The notes beneath the pieces are model-generated. The model saw only the letters and a program-made list of their open reading frames with translations, was not told where the DNA came from and made no database searches. Position numbers and translations under genes: made by a program. A stretch of 64,000 nucleotides of DNA from the human T2T-CHM13v2.0 reference genome, Homo sapiens. This document shows, in pieces, positions 31,300-46,240 of this stretch. The first letter of the stretch is position 1. Each line of letters starts with the position of its first letter. The DNA lies in NCBI RefSeq assembly GCF_009914755.1, contig NC_060937.1; one strand, given 5' to 3'.

Positions 31300-31510
31300 T
31301 TGGTATTGTGAATCCTCAGATTTTTAGTTAAAAGTTTGTCAATGGCAAGTTACTTAACTCCTTTGTGCCTCATTTAGCTCATCTACAAAGTGAGAATAAT
31401 ACTTGTAAAAGCTGATAAGTTTGTTTTAAAAATTAAATGAGATAATGCTTGCCAAGGGCTTTGCATAATTCCTGACATGAAGTAATCACTCAATAAAAAC
31501 TGGCTATTAA
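31300..31510 (+). mobile_element. MIR SINE
   Basis: Core motifs ggcaagttacttaactcctttgtgcctca...ctcatctacaaagtgagaataat and attaaatgagataatgc. Confidence 0.75.
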
Positions 31511-32300
31511 ATATTTTGTGATCATGATAATTGTCTTCATCACTGCCATCATATCATCATCATCATCATCATCCTGGAGTGAAATACAACAATGGGTAGG
31601 CAAGACAAAAGATAAATAGGACACCTATTTTTGGACTAAAAGATTGAAGGGTTGGGTTGAGGAGAAAAGCATTTTTTACTAAGATAAATATAAATATATT
31701 AGAAAATAAATTTCAAAAATTACTTGGATTTTTAAGCTGAAATATGAGACATCAAAAAAATTGTGCTTGCAAAATTTCCTAAATCTATGCAACTTCACGT
31801 TAAACCTCAAATCCTTGGAGGTCACACATCCTCTTTCCTCTGCCATCAGTGGAATTTTTCTGGAAATTTTGGGAAGTGTCCTGATACAGCAACCCGAGTA
31901 TAAATTGCATCTTAAATAGATTCTTTCACCAGAAGAGACATGCACCACTGTAATTCCCACTGGGACAGATACTGCACTGTGAGTTCTCAGTAATAATGAT
32001 GTTGATGTAGTACTTGAGGAGACAGCTGAGGAACCAGGGCACGCATGGAAAACCCTGTGTATTAACAAGAACTGCTGCAGCGAGACGACTGCTGACACTC
32101 TTCCTCAGAACAGCTGGAAGAAACCACCAAGCCCTGGTGCTAACCTCAAGGGCTGCAGCTGCCGACCTGCTGACCAGAGCTGCCAGTGGAAGCATGATGG
32201 GGTTAATCCTGCCGATGGGGTTAATGCTGAGAGATGGTCCTTCCAGGGTTCTCCACACCTCTCTATTGCCTCAGTATGAGTCACCTGAAGGAAGAAATGA

Positions 32301-32344
32301 GTATGTGTGTGTGTGTGTGTGTATGTGTGCACGCGCACGCATGT
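32301..32344. repeat. (TG)n/(CG)-containing alternating purine-pyrimidine tract
   Basis: 44 bp of uninterrupted purine-pyrimidine alternation. Confidence 0.9.
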
Positions 32345-35300
32345 TCAAAACAGAGGACTAGGGAAAATTTAAAATCAGATCGGGATTTGTGGGAAGTGAT
32401 GTTTTTCCTTCATCAACACTGAGGACAGAGACTGACATTGCTTGTGGTGCATTCCAGGGGGACTGGATGCCTGGAATTTAGGGTGGATGCTTGAATCAAA
32501 TTAAAGAGAACCAGCAGTAAGTAGGCAACCAGAGTGTTGGTGTTGAAGGCAAGAGGGCTCCTAAGGAAGAACATGCCAGACTTAGGTGTCTCCTAGATTC
32601 TTTCTCAACTCTCAACTCAAGTATTTGGAACCTTTACCTAATGCTAGATGGAATTGAAGTCTTTTTCTGATTTTGGTAGAGCAGGTATTTTGTGTTGATT
32701 TCAAGGACAGCCGTATTGAGTGGATGCCAAATTTAAACTTTTAGTTGTGATCCACCGGAGAATCAATTTCTGCTGTGCTTGAGTAGAAGTGGAGCCTACA
32801 GGTGGAGCCAGGATTTTCTTCAGAGGTTTGCACTTCTCAGGCACTAACTCACGTTTGATATAGTCTTTTGAAGCACTGAAGTAGCAGACATCTGCCCATA
32901 GGACTTGTGTCCCCTCTTTGAACCCTATGATTTTAACCAGTTTACATTTTAGTTGTTCAAGGGCATGATTATATGAATTATATGAATACCTGTTATATGA
33001 ACATATATAAGCATTTAAGTTGCATTTTTCCACTTATATTTGCAATAAAGAGTCTAGTAATGAAGAGGCTAAAACCATGTTTTATAGCAATGAACACAGT
33101 TACATGAACTGGATTAAAGTTTTATGATTTTTTAAAACCTGAATTGAAAGGAAATTAAAGTCCATAAAATACCATGAAGACAAATTCTGATTTTCATTGA
33201 ACTTTTCTGTTTTAGCTCAAAAGAATTTGAATAATATCCTGTTATAACCAAGGATTGCAATGAATGTCTATAAGGAGATAGGTAAATGACGTTGGTTCAA
33301 GTCTACTTAAGGTGACTGGACAAAATATGAACCTCTGTAGCCTAAAGCCGAAAGTGTGAGTCTCCTAATATGAAATACATAAATCTAATAATTTTATCCA
33401 AAATCAGAATACATACGAACTTGAGAGGAAAAGAGCAAATATCATTTTATTGTGAAGTGGATATTGCAAGGAAATGTGTGTTTACCTCGTTTTCAGCAGC
33501 ATTGCCTAGTGAGTCACTGCCATGAGCAGCCTGCCAACTCTTTCCTCTGGTATCATTCTTCTTTTTATATTTTATATTTAATGCAGGCTAGTCAAACAGA
33601 TTACAGTTTTCTTTCTTTAAATGAAAGCTGTTCTGACAACTTAGTCATGCTAAGTAATAGGATATGAATTCTTAAACCAATGACATTGATATTTATCATT
33701 GCATATACCAAGTCGAAAAACATACATTGATTACGGAGTGGAGGATGAACTTGAAGTCAAGCTGTTGCAAAAGAGGACTCAGATAAAATTTGCACTTACT
33801 CAAAATGTACTTCAAAATGTTTTTCATTTTAAAAGTATGATTTAAAAAATTTCCATGAGAGTGTACACACTTATCTTTTTTTAGGGGGTGGAGTAGGTAC
33901 ATGTATATGGTTATCCAATTTATCTCTTCATTCAGAATGTTGATAGTTGTTCGTGGGAATTGTTCTTTTACAAATATTGGAAAAACATAATTTCAGGGAT
34001 CTATATATAATGCCGTCATATAAGCTATCATTCTGCAGTTGCTTTTAGCTTGTTTAGGATTTGGCCCTTATATTAGTCAATGTCTCCTGAGTATATTCCG
34101 TTTGAAAAATTTTCCATAACGTAGAACCCATGAAGACTTTCTTTCCTGATGAAATCTTAAGATTTTGTTTGTTTTTTTAGTACTAAAAAATGACATACCA
34201 ACAACATATAAGTTAGGCAGCTTGTAACCAATTACATCATTCATAGAAAAGATATAGCTCTGGATTTTTTTATTTTCTTAAGGTTTTTGATAGTTTTTTA
34301 TTTCTAAATTATGGACTTCTTTAGCTTACATTTGTGTGTGTATGTGTGTGTGTGTGTGTGTGGACTACCTCAAATCTCATGTGGAAATAAAGTTGGTCTA
34401 AGTATAATATCCATAACTATTTCAGGGTCTATGCCAGGCGTGGCTGGTTTATACCAAATTTTTGACTATAGCTGTGCTAGTCACAGTAAAGCTCTAGTGT
34501 TTGTGCAAATAAATGAGTATAGACAGGAATAAGGCTTTTTAATATTTGCTCTTGTCAAAAAAGTTTTTTGGATAATTAGGCTGGCCAGGTCACGCTCTGT
34601 CAGAATTTATTCTCTATAAAAATTCCATAAACTCATCTATGCTAATAATATATTCTATTCTTCCTGACAGTGGTGCTTTTTAGCAAGAACATTCTGGAGA
34701 TATTAATAATAACTATATTAAAAAACATAATCTCAGTATAAAAATCTCTAGCACTTTGCAGACTAGTAAATGGGATATTTTAGGACTTATGGGGCCTTAA
34801 GTCTAAAGTTATCTCTATCAGCAGTTTTCTCTCAGATAGTTTATTTGATGACTTAATTAAATGAGTCTTCGGAGGTCCATAGCAATGCAGATGATTCCTG
34901 TTTATGACAATGCAAATGAATTTTGTCTGGTGGAAAGAATAAATCTCTGTAAGTCTAATTCTTATTTGAATGGGTTTTAACATCTTTAACTCCTACTGGG
35001 TATTCTTTGCTATGTGAGATACCTCACATTCAATCTCAACCCCTAGCTCCTAGAATTACTGTGAATGTTTGGAAAGCTAGTCTGAAAGTAGTTGAGAACA
35101 ATTGTAAATCAACAAGTAGAGATTGGAGCAGATGGAGGATCAGACAAACTTCTTCTGATAGACATCTTATTGCCTATATGCTTTGTTTGTTGAATCTCCT
35201 GTAAAAGTGAACAATCTGAAAAGTCAGCCTTGTGAGAGAGGAGAGTGATACTATCTGCCAGGCAAACTTGAAAAGAGAATAAACAGCACATTCCTCTTCA

Positions 35301-36256
35301 TTAAAGTACGTCACACTGCTGACTTTTTGCATGTAAGAGTTTACGAAAGAAAATCTGGAGCCACTAAAGGCTACTTACTCAACCAATACCTTGTAACCAT
35401 AACATTCAGCTTTTTGGAAGAAAGACAGAAGCCAGGATACAAATACTTTAAATTTTCCAAAGTCTCTCTAAAGAGCAGGTACACCAGTCAGTCCTGAAGG
35501 AAATGAATGATTTTTTGTCAGTTTGTAAGTGTATAACTCAGGTTTTAAAAACTGAGTTTCAAATTTTATAAGCACGAAAATGCCATGTGTCTAGTTGTAT
35601 TAGAAAAGAGGTTAGGTGGACTGCCTCAATATTAGAGATTTCTCATTTTTGTCAAAAGTCTCCTAGGATAAAAGAAAAATCCTGGGAAAATAGTTACTGT
35701 GTTTAAAGAAAAATAAAAAAGAATAAAAGCATATTAATAGGCTCTTTGTCAAAATCAGTTCTGATTACTTGCCCTTTTGTTTGAGAATAAATAATTAAAA
35801 ATATTTTAGAGAGAGTTGTTAGATAAGATATTGGAGAGAAAATTCAGGGCAGATACTTCCAGACCAGTTAGACTGACTTAATGAAAGTCCTTAGCACATG
35901 AAAAGTTTTGGAAAAAGTGTATTCCAAAGTCCTGATGATAAAAGGGTCTATGTAGATATCTCCTTCCTTAGTCATAAGGCATCGGCTCTGTTGTTTTATA
36001 TGATTTAGAGAAACTTTTGATGGCAGAACATAACATAATGACATGTAGATAGATAAAAAGCAGAACTTTTTGCTACATACAACTCTGAAGGAGAGAAGGC
36101 TGCTAGATGGGGCCATACGTGTATTGCTCTAGGGGACAGGCAAGCTGGAGCTGTTGGGGACAGCTTATGTATGGCAAAGGGGTGGGATTATCTAGGTTTC
36201 TGGGCTCCCTGTGGTTTGGCTAATTTGAGTAATTTTAGGCTGTGAGGCATATAGGG

Positions 36257-36599
36257 TGATATGGTTTGGCTGTGTCCCCACTTGAATCTCACCTTGGATT
36301 GTAATTATCCCCACATGTGAAGAGCAGGGCCAGGTGGAGATATTTGAATCATGGGGGCAGTTTCCCCCATACTGTTCTTGTGGTTGTGAGCAAGTCTCAC
36401 GAGATCTAATGGTTTTGTAAAGGGGAGTTTCCCTGCACAAGCTCTTTTGCCTGCCACCAAAGACATGACTTTGCTCCTCATTCACCTTCAGCCATGACTG
36501 TGATGCCTCCCCAACTGTGAGTCAATTAAACCTCTTTCCTTAATAAATTACCCAGTCTCGGGTATGCCTTTATTAGCAGCCTGAGAACAGACTAATACA
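36257..36599 (+). mobile_element. THE1 (THE1C-like) MaLR solo LTR
   Basis: TGATATGGTTTGGCTGTGTCCCC ... GACTAATACA. Perfect 5-bp TSD TAGGG at 36252-36256 and 36600-36604. Confidence 0.92.
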
Positions 36600-37119
36600 T
36601 AGGGACCATTCCTAATTGTGTGGTACTTGGCCCTGGGGTGATTAGGGCTCTTGTGTGACAGCTGGACAAGGGACGTGGTTGGGGTATGGACTTAATTGGC
36701 TTTTACTTAGGGCCGGAAAACTAGGCCAACACAGAATGAACAAACAAACAAAAATGCAGTTTTACACTGTGCCCAGCATTGTGATGGGGCTTGGCAGAGT
36801 TTATGGTGTATAGATGTGTGAGAAGACTCACTACTATTCAAGAAGCTTCAGAACAGGTCTGATTTCTGGCAGGACAAAATTCCCATTTACACACAACCGT
36901 TATGCAGGGTGCTCAATAAAGAGAAAGTAAGGTATTGATCTTACCTTGGACTCTGCATGAAAAATTCTGCATGAAGAATCTTTTGATAGCAAAATATTTG
37001 CTTTTTCTAGCCTGTTACCTTAAAGTTGATTTAAGCCTGACTTGGATCACTGGTGACATTCTGGAGTTTCTGCATGCTGTACCTATCTGCAGACTTTACT
37101 CATTCTTTGTCAATGTTTA

Positions 37120-37830
37120 CTTCTTTGTTTAAAAGCAGGTTTATTGTGGTCTAATTTACATAGCATAAAATTTATCTGACTTAAATATACAATTTAATTA
37201 CTTTTAGTAAATTTACAAAATTTTGCAATCATTGTCATGATCCATTTTTAGAACATTCTCATCACCCCAGAAAGAATTCTGTGTCCATTTGACATCAACC
37301 TTAGGTGACCAACCACTGACTCACTCATTGTCTGAACTGATTTGCCTTTTGTAGATTTCATATCTGGCTTTGTATCTGAATTTTGTATCTGGCTTTGATG
37401 TAGCATAATGTTTTTGAGCTTCATTTATGGTATTCGATTTATCAGTAACTTATTCTCTTCTGTTGATGAATAAAATTTTGTTGTATGGATATATCATATT
37501 TTGTTTATCCATTCACCAACTGGTAGAAATATGGGGTGTTTCTAGTTTTGGGGTATTATGAGCAAGGTTGCCATAAACAAAGCTTGTGTACAATTATTTA
37601 TGTGAGCATATGTATTCATTTCTCTTGAGTAGAAACCTAGGAGTAGAATGAACTTGGTCATGATATACATTTATGTGCAACTTTTAAAGAAACTGTCAAA
37701 CTCTTTTCCCAAGTGTTTACACCATTTTACACTCCCACCAGCAATATATGAAGGTTCTAACTTCACATCTTCATCCACATTTGTTATTGTCTAATTTTTT
37801 ATTATAGCCATTCTAGTGGGTGTGCATGAG
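37120..37830 (-). mobile_element. L1MB-like 3' fragment
   Basis: Antisense L1 3' UTR motifs (gttgtatggatatatcatattttgtttatccattcacca, ttatagccattctagtgggtgtg). Confidence 0.75.
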
Positions 37831-38690
37831 CATTTACTCACAAGTATTAACTTGAGAGTGTGTTTGCAATGTATCTTTACTCCAGAAGTCTTTTCTATTT
37901 CCTGAAATAAAAATATTACCACTTATCTTGTTTCCCAACCTCACAAGAAGCCATTTTGTCCCTTAGGATTCAGGGATCTGGGAAATGAGATTGTGCCTAT
38001 GCTCTTTCCATTTAGTGTCCCAGGACAACTGAGGGGCATTTTCCTATTGATTCCTTGGGTCTAGCTAGAAGGTCATCAATAGGTCATATGATAGAGGGAA
38101 AGTGGGTGCTTTTTTCAAGCTTCATCTTTGGTAAATGATTCCATGGTGATAACTAACTGAGAGTTGGTCATGTTTGCCCTGCTGCCCTTAGTTGTCAGTA
38201 CATAGCCAAAATACTTTGGAAAGGTCGATGGTACACCTAGTCCATATTGTTTGTGTTTCAAATGAATTTTTTTTAAATGGGAAAGCAGGTTGTTGTAATG
38301 AAATGAATTTGGGGTTGGAAGTCAGAATGCTTGGGTTATTGTGCATATTCAATCACTAATCGCAAGATCTTGACCAGGTCTGGGACTTAGTTGCCTTATC
38401 CATAGAATAAAATGGGAATGGTAAAATAACCGAATAATTTCATACTTTGTTTAGTAGAAGAAATATTTTACCTAGAACCCCAATAAAATGATCAGAAATA
38501 AGAGGATATGCTCTGATTGAAATGGGATGGAAGCCAAGCTCCTAAGGTTTTGTTTTCTCCTGATGGTGATTTCCCTCTTTTGTGGTTAATACAGTTACAC
38601 ATTCCTCAGAATCTGTATTAAGGAAATCACTGACTGTATTACCTCCAAAATCCCCATTCAGCAACAGAGAATCTATCAGTAAATAGTTTT

Positions 38691-40008
<1,318 letters not shown>

Positions 40009-40142
40009 TTATTAAACAGTTGGCATTAGGAAAACTCAAAACAAATGAATAGTATTTTAAATAAAATTTATAAAGAACCTAAGTGTTACTAATAATCCAA
40101 GGATTTTTGTAAGTCAGAGATTATACCATAAAGAATTGAGAG

Positions 40143-40449
40143 TTTTTTTGTTTGTGTGTTTATTTCTTTGAGGCAGAGTCTTGCTCTGTCGCCCAGGCTG
40201 GAGTGCAATGGCCTGATCTCGCTCACTGCAAGCTCTGCCTTCTGGGTTCATGCCATTATCCTGCCTCAGCCTCCCAAGTAGCTGGGATTATAGGCACCCG
40301 CCACCACACCCAGCTAATTTTTTGTATTTTTAGTAGAGATGGGGTTTCACCGTGTTAGCCAGGATGGTCTTGATCTCCTGACCTCATGATCCACCCGCCT
40401 CGGCCTTCCAAAGTGCTGGGATTACAGGCATGAGCCACTGTGCCCGGCC
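40143..40449 (-). mobile_element. AluY-like
   Basis: Antisense Alu. TSD AGAATTGAGA at 40132-40141 and 40450-40459. Confidence 0.92.
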
Positions 40450-41532
40450 AGAATTGAGATTTTTTCTTTCTTTTTTTTTTTTAACTCAATTTAAGATAAA
40501 AATGCCTATAGGTTTTATAATAAAATCTTTCAGGAGGAGCCATTCTTATCATATTCTCATTATGAGTGGACTTCTTTTATATATTCACCAACCTTTGCGA
40601 CATATAGTATATACCTATCACTGAACCAGATACTGTGGAGTCTGTCAAATACATATTTTTTTTTATATATAGGAATAATTGTCTTACAATACTCTAGTGA
40701 GATTAGCTGGGAAAGACTCAATAGATGTCAAGGTGAGATTTTTCAGAACTCTGATGATTCTTCTTTATTTTTTGTGATGAAATGAGCTCTGTCTGTTAAC
40801 AGTCATTTACCCTGGGACATACTTTGAATAACCTAGAGCATCTGATAATATCATGGGTAAAATAAGAATGTAAAGGTATCCATGCTTTCCCATAGGGAAA
40901 TTGGTATAAATAAACAAAAAGCTGTTAGGATTAGGATAAAAGGTGAACAAGCAGAATATGATCAAAGGATTTTATAAGTGTTGAGAAATTAGCCCAGAAA
41001 TTACTTGAAGTAACTTTTGTAGTCTCAAAAGTTGAAATTTAACCTTCCTGCCTATTAGTACACTTTGATTATCTATAGAACACCAGTTAAACTCTAAAGA
41101 ATGGTAGAATGGCATTTTTACCCTAAACATACATTTCTATTTTCTTTTAAAGAAAAATGGAGAGAAGTAAATTCTAGAGAAGAGATATAATACTTTTTTA
41201 CTCTTTCTTATATTTTTACTCTTATATTCCTAGGATTTTGGCAGGTACCTAAAAGAAGTAGAGAATTCAAATTGCATTCAAAATGTACATTGTGTCCAAT
41301 GATATATAAAAAAAGTGTGTGTCTCTGTTTCTGACTTATAAATTTGTAATAAATTTTTTATACCTCACATACCTTATGAAGATGCCATTAATTCTTTGAA
41401 TTACAGAAAAGATTGATTTAAGTAGAGCTTAATGTTATATAAATTGTTTTTAAATGATGTTGTTTATTACTGAGACAACTTACTTCTTAGATCTGAAGTT
41501 ATTCAGAGGCTTAAAATAGCAATAAAAGGATA

Positions 41533-41970
41533 GAGAGTTTATCCTTGAACAACCCTGGGTTAGAGGCACAGACCTCTCGCTCAGTTGAAAATCCACATGT
41601 AACTTTTGACTTCTCCAAAACTTAACCAATAATAGCCCACTGTTGATTAGAAGCCTTACTGATAAACAGTTGTTGAAACCATGTTTTGTATGTTATATGT
41701 ATTATATACTGTATTCTTACAATAAAGTAAGCTAGAAAAAAGAAAATGTTATTAAGAAAATCATAAGAAAGAGAAAATATATTTACTATTCAATAAGTGG
41801 AAGTGGATCATCATAAAGATCTTCATTCTCATCATCTTCATATAGAATAGGCTTAAGAGAGGAGGAAGAGGGGGCTTGGTCTTACTGTTTCTGGGATGAC
41901 AGAGGACAAAAATTAATCTGCATACAAGTAGACCTGTGCAGTTCAAACCCATGTTGTTCAGGGATCAATG
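41533..41970 (-). mobile_element. Tigger2a-like DNA transposon
   Basis: Terminal inverted repeats ..TCCTTGAACAAC / GTTGTTCAGGGATCAA. Internal consensus aagtggaagtggatcatcataaagatcttcat. Confidence 0.85.
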
Positions 41971-44724
41971 GTTTTTTTTTTTTTTTTCAGTTGGCAGTTT
42001 TAAAGTTGTTATTATGCAATGTTCAGGAAGCAGATATACTCATGTTTACTTGTTCAGTTGAAAAACATTACCAGGAAAAAATAAAATAACTTTTCCTGTT
42101 TCCGAGTCTTTGCTGTCTCATACCTTTCAAAGGGACCAGGACACTTATCCATATTCCAATGTCAAAATGCAAAGAAACAGGAAAATTTAGTTTCATCATT
42201 TTACATTTCTTTGATGCACTTGAAAATGCAGATTTTTTTTCACTATGTAGTCTATTGTCTTCTTGCTTTTTGATTTAAAGAATGTAGAAGAATATGATAT
42301 GCCATGTGGGTGTCACGTTGCAACTTTTCAGTTAAATAGGTTGTGAAAAAATCTGTTTATTCATCTAGGAAATTACCAGAAATAGTAGTTCCCAAGCAGG
42401 AGACAGTAGAACCTACTGGAGAGAACATAGGAGAGGCATTGGAGAGACCTGTGCACTCATTCTGGCTCTGTGGCCAATCGCTCATGTAATCTTGGGTAAC
42501 AACACTCAACAACTCTTGGCCTGGAACACAATAAGTACATAATAAACACTTGGTGAATGAATGGATTAACTCAATCAATATTTATTGTGTATCTACTCTG
42601 TTTCAGGCACTGTTCCAGGTTCTAGGGTTAGAGCAGTGAACCAAAGATTCATAGTCCTTGCCTTCATAAAGCTGAGATTCTAGCTGAAGAAGATAGACAA
42701 CAAAATAAGCAAATCAATTATGTGGCAGATCTGATAAACATTGTTACAGAGAAAAATAAAACCAGGAAAGGCAGGTAGAAAATACCAAGCAGGGAGTGGT
42801 TGCTATTTCATATAGGGTAGTCTGGAAGAGTTGACTTTTAAGTAGATGGCCACACTGGGAGAATTGTCTCATTTGTCATGCCAAACAGTGCTGTGTGCCC
42901 TGGTATCCACAGACAATTGTAAGACTTAGGTGATTTGAGGACACTTGGGCATTCAGCACTGTTTGGCATGCCAAATGAGACAACACTTCCAGTGTGGCCA
43001 ATAAGAACAAAAATTTTAAATCATACACTTTCAGGTTATTGTGATATTGTTTATGGGATTTGGATGCACATATGTTCTTATGCAAGTATGATTCTAAAAT
43101 TTCATAGATTATCTCAAAAGGAAAGGCTTCCATTTGAATGAATGGAAAGAAGGGAAAATTTGCTACTTACATCTTAGGGGTTTTACAGGACTTTCAGGGA
43201 GGTATTTTTATTTGAGAAAACCAGATTGAAAATCATGCTACAACTTGTTAGATAAAGGAGGCTGCTGCTCAGAGAAAGAAACGGGCTTTATTTCCTAATC
43301 TAGTGTTGGGCTTTAAAAACACTTCACCAAGTTTGAGGTGGGGAGTCTGTTTATAGTTGAATGCATGTGTTGACGTAGAGGTGGGGTGGGTTGGTAGTTA
43401 GAAGAATTTCTCTCATTGCTAAACTTATAAATACCACAATTTAAAAGGCATGATTATGTGTAGACTCTGGTTGTAAGTAGTAGTTAATAGCAACATGAGG
43501 TCAGCTTATTAATATTTGCACGTGGGACAAAAGGGACAGATTTCTTCACATCACTTTTTCTCATCTACATTTTCACACCACATAATGATTAGAAATCTCT
43601 GCATAGGCAAAAAAAACACACAATATACGGATTTTGTTTTCTCCTTTTGATTTTATGCTACATGTGGTCTTATTGCCTTCTCCCACTTTTGGTACAGTCT
43701 ATGTCTTAGGAAACACAATATTTGGAAAATGACACACTAGAAATCATTTTGACCAATTCCTCCTTTTCCTCAGTAACAGAGCTAAAGGTTGTATCTAGAT
43801 AATTTTGTGGAAGTATTTTTTAAGAGATGCTACATTTTGGGGGTGAACATTAGAGATAAGAAAAGCAGGCTATTCCCCTTGCTACCCCTAATTGGTCATT
43901 TGTATTAGAGGGAGCTTATTGTGAACACACAGTGGCTGGGTTCTCTGGACTGACACTGCCCTGATTTATTTCTTCCCATTTGCTGTTGTGTGCTGAATGG
44001 CCTATAATTTGTTATTGATATGTTGGAGTTTATCTCAATTTATTATTCTATTTGTTGTGCCTTGACCTATGGACATTGGTTTAACTCTGACTGAAAACTT
44101 AAAGTTGACATTCAAAAAATAATTTCTCAAGCAAGAGTCCTGGAAACAAATTATCTAATTCTATTATCTAAGATGTTTTCCCGGTTCCTACTTTTCTTGG
44201 TAATGGTAAACTTAAAACGTTTTGTTAGACAGAGTGTTGGTTATATTAGGTATCTTGTGGGTGTGTATGTATGAATTTAGGCAAGCAATTGTTTTACAGA
44301 AGACAGTTGAAAAATAAATCTCATTTTACTATAACATCCATCATCATTCTTTTCCATAAAATAAAGGCTATTTGCTCTTGCAGGTGATTTGAATTAGTGT
44401 CATTATATTTATGGCAGGTAAAATGTGGTATTTTCCTAGAATATTCCGTACTGTGTCTAGAATGGGCTCTAGGCTTGAGGAAAGGTGAAAAAGCACAGTA
44501 CTGGATTATCTCTGCTCACTGCTCTCTCATTGACTAGAGTAAATGAATAAAATAAAGCAGTTCAAGCAAGTCAAGGAAGGAATACAAAGCCAAGCAATTT
44601 AGAGGGAAAAAAATTTTTTTGGAAGTTTTTAAGTAGCTGAATTGTTTATACAGAACAAGAGAAAGTTTAAGGTTGAATAAACAATTGTCTTGCAATTATT
44701 TCAGAGAGTAATTTTTCTATGGAG

Positions 44725-46240
44725 TGTTTCATTCAGTCAATAATTTTTTTTGAGCACTTGTACCAAGTGTGTAATGGTCAACAAGGTAGCCATGGTCCCT
44801 GCCTTTAAAATGTTTTGCCCAGGAGAACATGACCTCCATCCTCCAAATCAAGTAAGCAAACAAAGAATAAAGAAATCACAAATTGTGGTAAGAGTTACGA
44901 AGGAAACCTGCTAAAGGCTCAGACAGAAAAAATAAAAATCTTTCAGTAGGAGGGTTTTTTCTTTGACTCTTAGCTTAAATGTCCCCTTTAGAGGAGGAGT
45001 CACCTTTAGAGGACATGGCATTTAAGCTGAGACATGAAAGTAAAAACAAACAACAGTATCTAGCCATGCGAGCAGTGGAAAGAGAGAGAGTGTCCTAAAC
45101 ATTCTGTATGTGCAAAAGCCCTGAGGCAGGAAAGTGGTTGGCTTTGAGGATCCACAAGAAGACCGCTGTGCCTATATAATGGGAAGAAAAAAGGAAAGTG
45201 ACTCAAGATGTTGTTGAAGAGATAGAAAAAGTCCACATCTGCAGACTTTATAGGTTATGTTAAATATTTGGGATTTTATTCCAATTACAATAAGAGTTTA
45301 TTAAGGGGTTTAACTGAGGATAGTGACATGATCCAAAACACACTTTAAGATGTTACTATTTTATACATGTGGAAATAGAGAGATAAATCAGTAGACAGTC
45401 GCAATATCAAAATGATGATGGCTTTATCCACGTAGGCGGAGGAGAGAAGGCAAGAAGTGCATGGATTTGAGAGACATATTGGAATAGAATTGAGAAGTAG
45501 AACTTCCATTGCTTTGTAAGAAAAAAATGAGGAAAAAGGAAGGAATCAAAGGCAATATTCTAGTTTTCTATGTTGAATCACTGAGTGGCTGGTAGGACCC
45601 CAGTGATTCAACATAGAGAACTAGAATATGCATCCTTTGCTGAATAGGGATACACTGAGAATGGTGAGGTGGAAAACAAGTTTAGTCAGAAAATCAGAGT
45701 TATATTTTAGATATGTAGTTATAATATATCCATGAGACACCCAAGTGGAGATGCCAAATAGGCTGTTGTGAAGATGAATCTGGAGCTCCAGGAGAGGGTT
45801 GGGTTAGTGATATAAATGTGGAGGAGGTCAGCAGATAATTCAATGCTGTGGATTCAATGGAATTCAATGGAATGGATGTGATTCAATGGAATGGATGTGA
45901 CCAGCTATGAAGAGAGGGTAGGGAGAGAAAAGAACCCGTCCAGGACCAAGCCTCCATGAGGATGATAGAGGCTGTGAAAGGAAACAGAGGAGTCTACTGA
46001 GGGTTGGGCAATGAAGCAAGAGGAAAACCAGACACATGTTATGGAATCATGATAAGAGCACTTTAAGCAGGAGATTGTGATAAACTGTGTTGATTGTTTT
46101 TTAGAGGTCTCAAGGACAGAGTAACACCTAGTGACTTTGACAACACTGAGCTTTGGGTGATCTTGACACAGTTGTTTTAGTGAAACAGTAGGGCTGAAAG
46201 ACTATTTGTATTAGGTTGAAAAATTACATGTGAAGGAAGG
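44725..46240 (-). mobile_element. L2 (L2a-like) fragment, ~1.5 kb
   Basis: L2 3'-end signature (ttcattcagtcaataatt...gagcactt) followed by purine-rich antisense L2 body (gagacacccaagtggagatgccaaatagg). Boundaries approximate. Confidence 0.7.

Noticed and set aside
31679-32422. Cluster of overlapping 60-139 aa ORFs on both strands
   Set aside because: No recognisable protein similarity, mostly non-ATG starts, and some run into a TG microsatellite. Explained by locally higher GC content.
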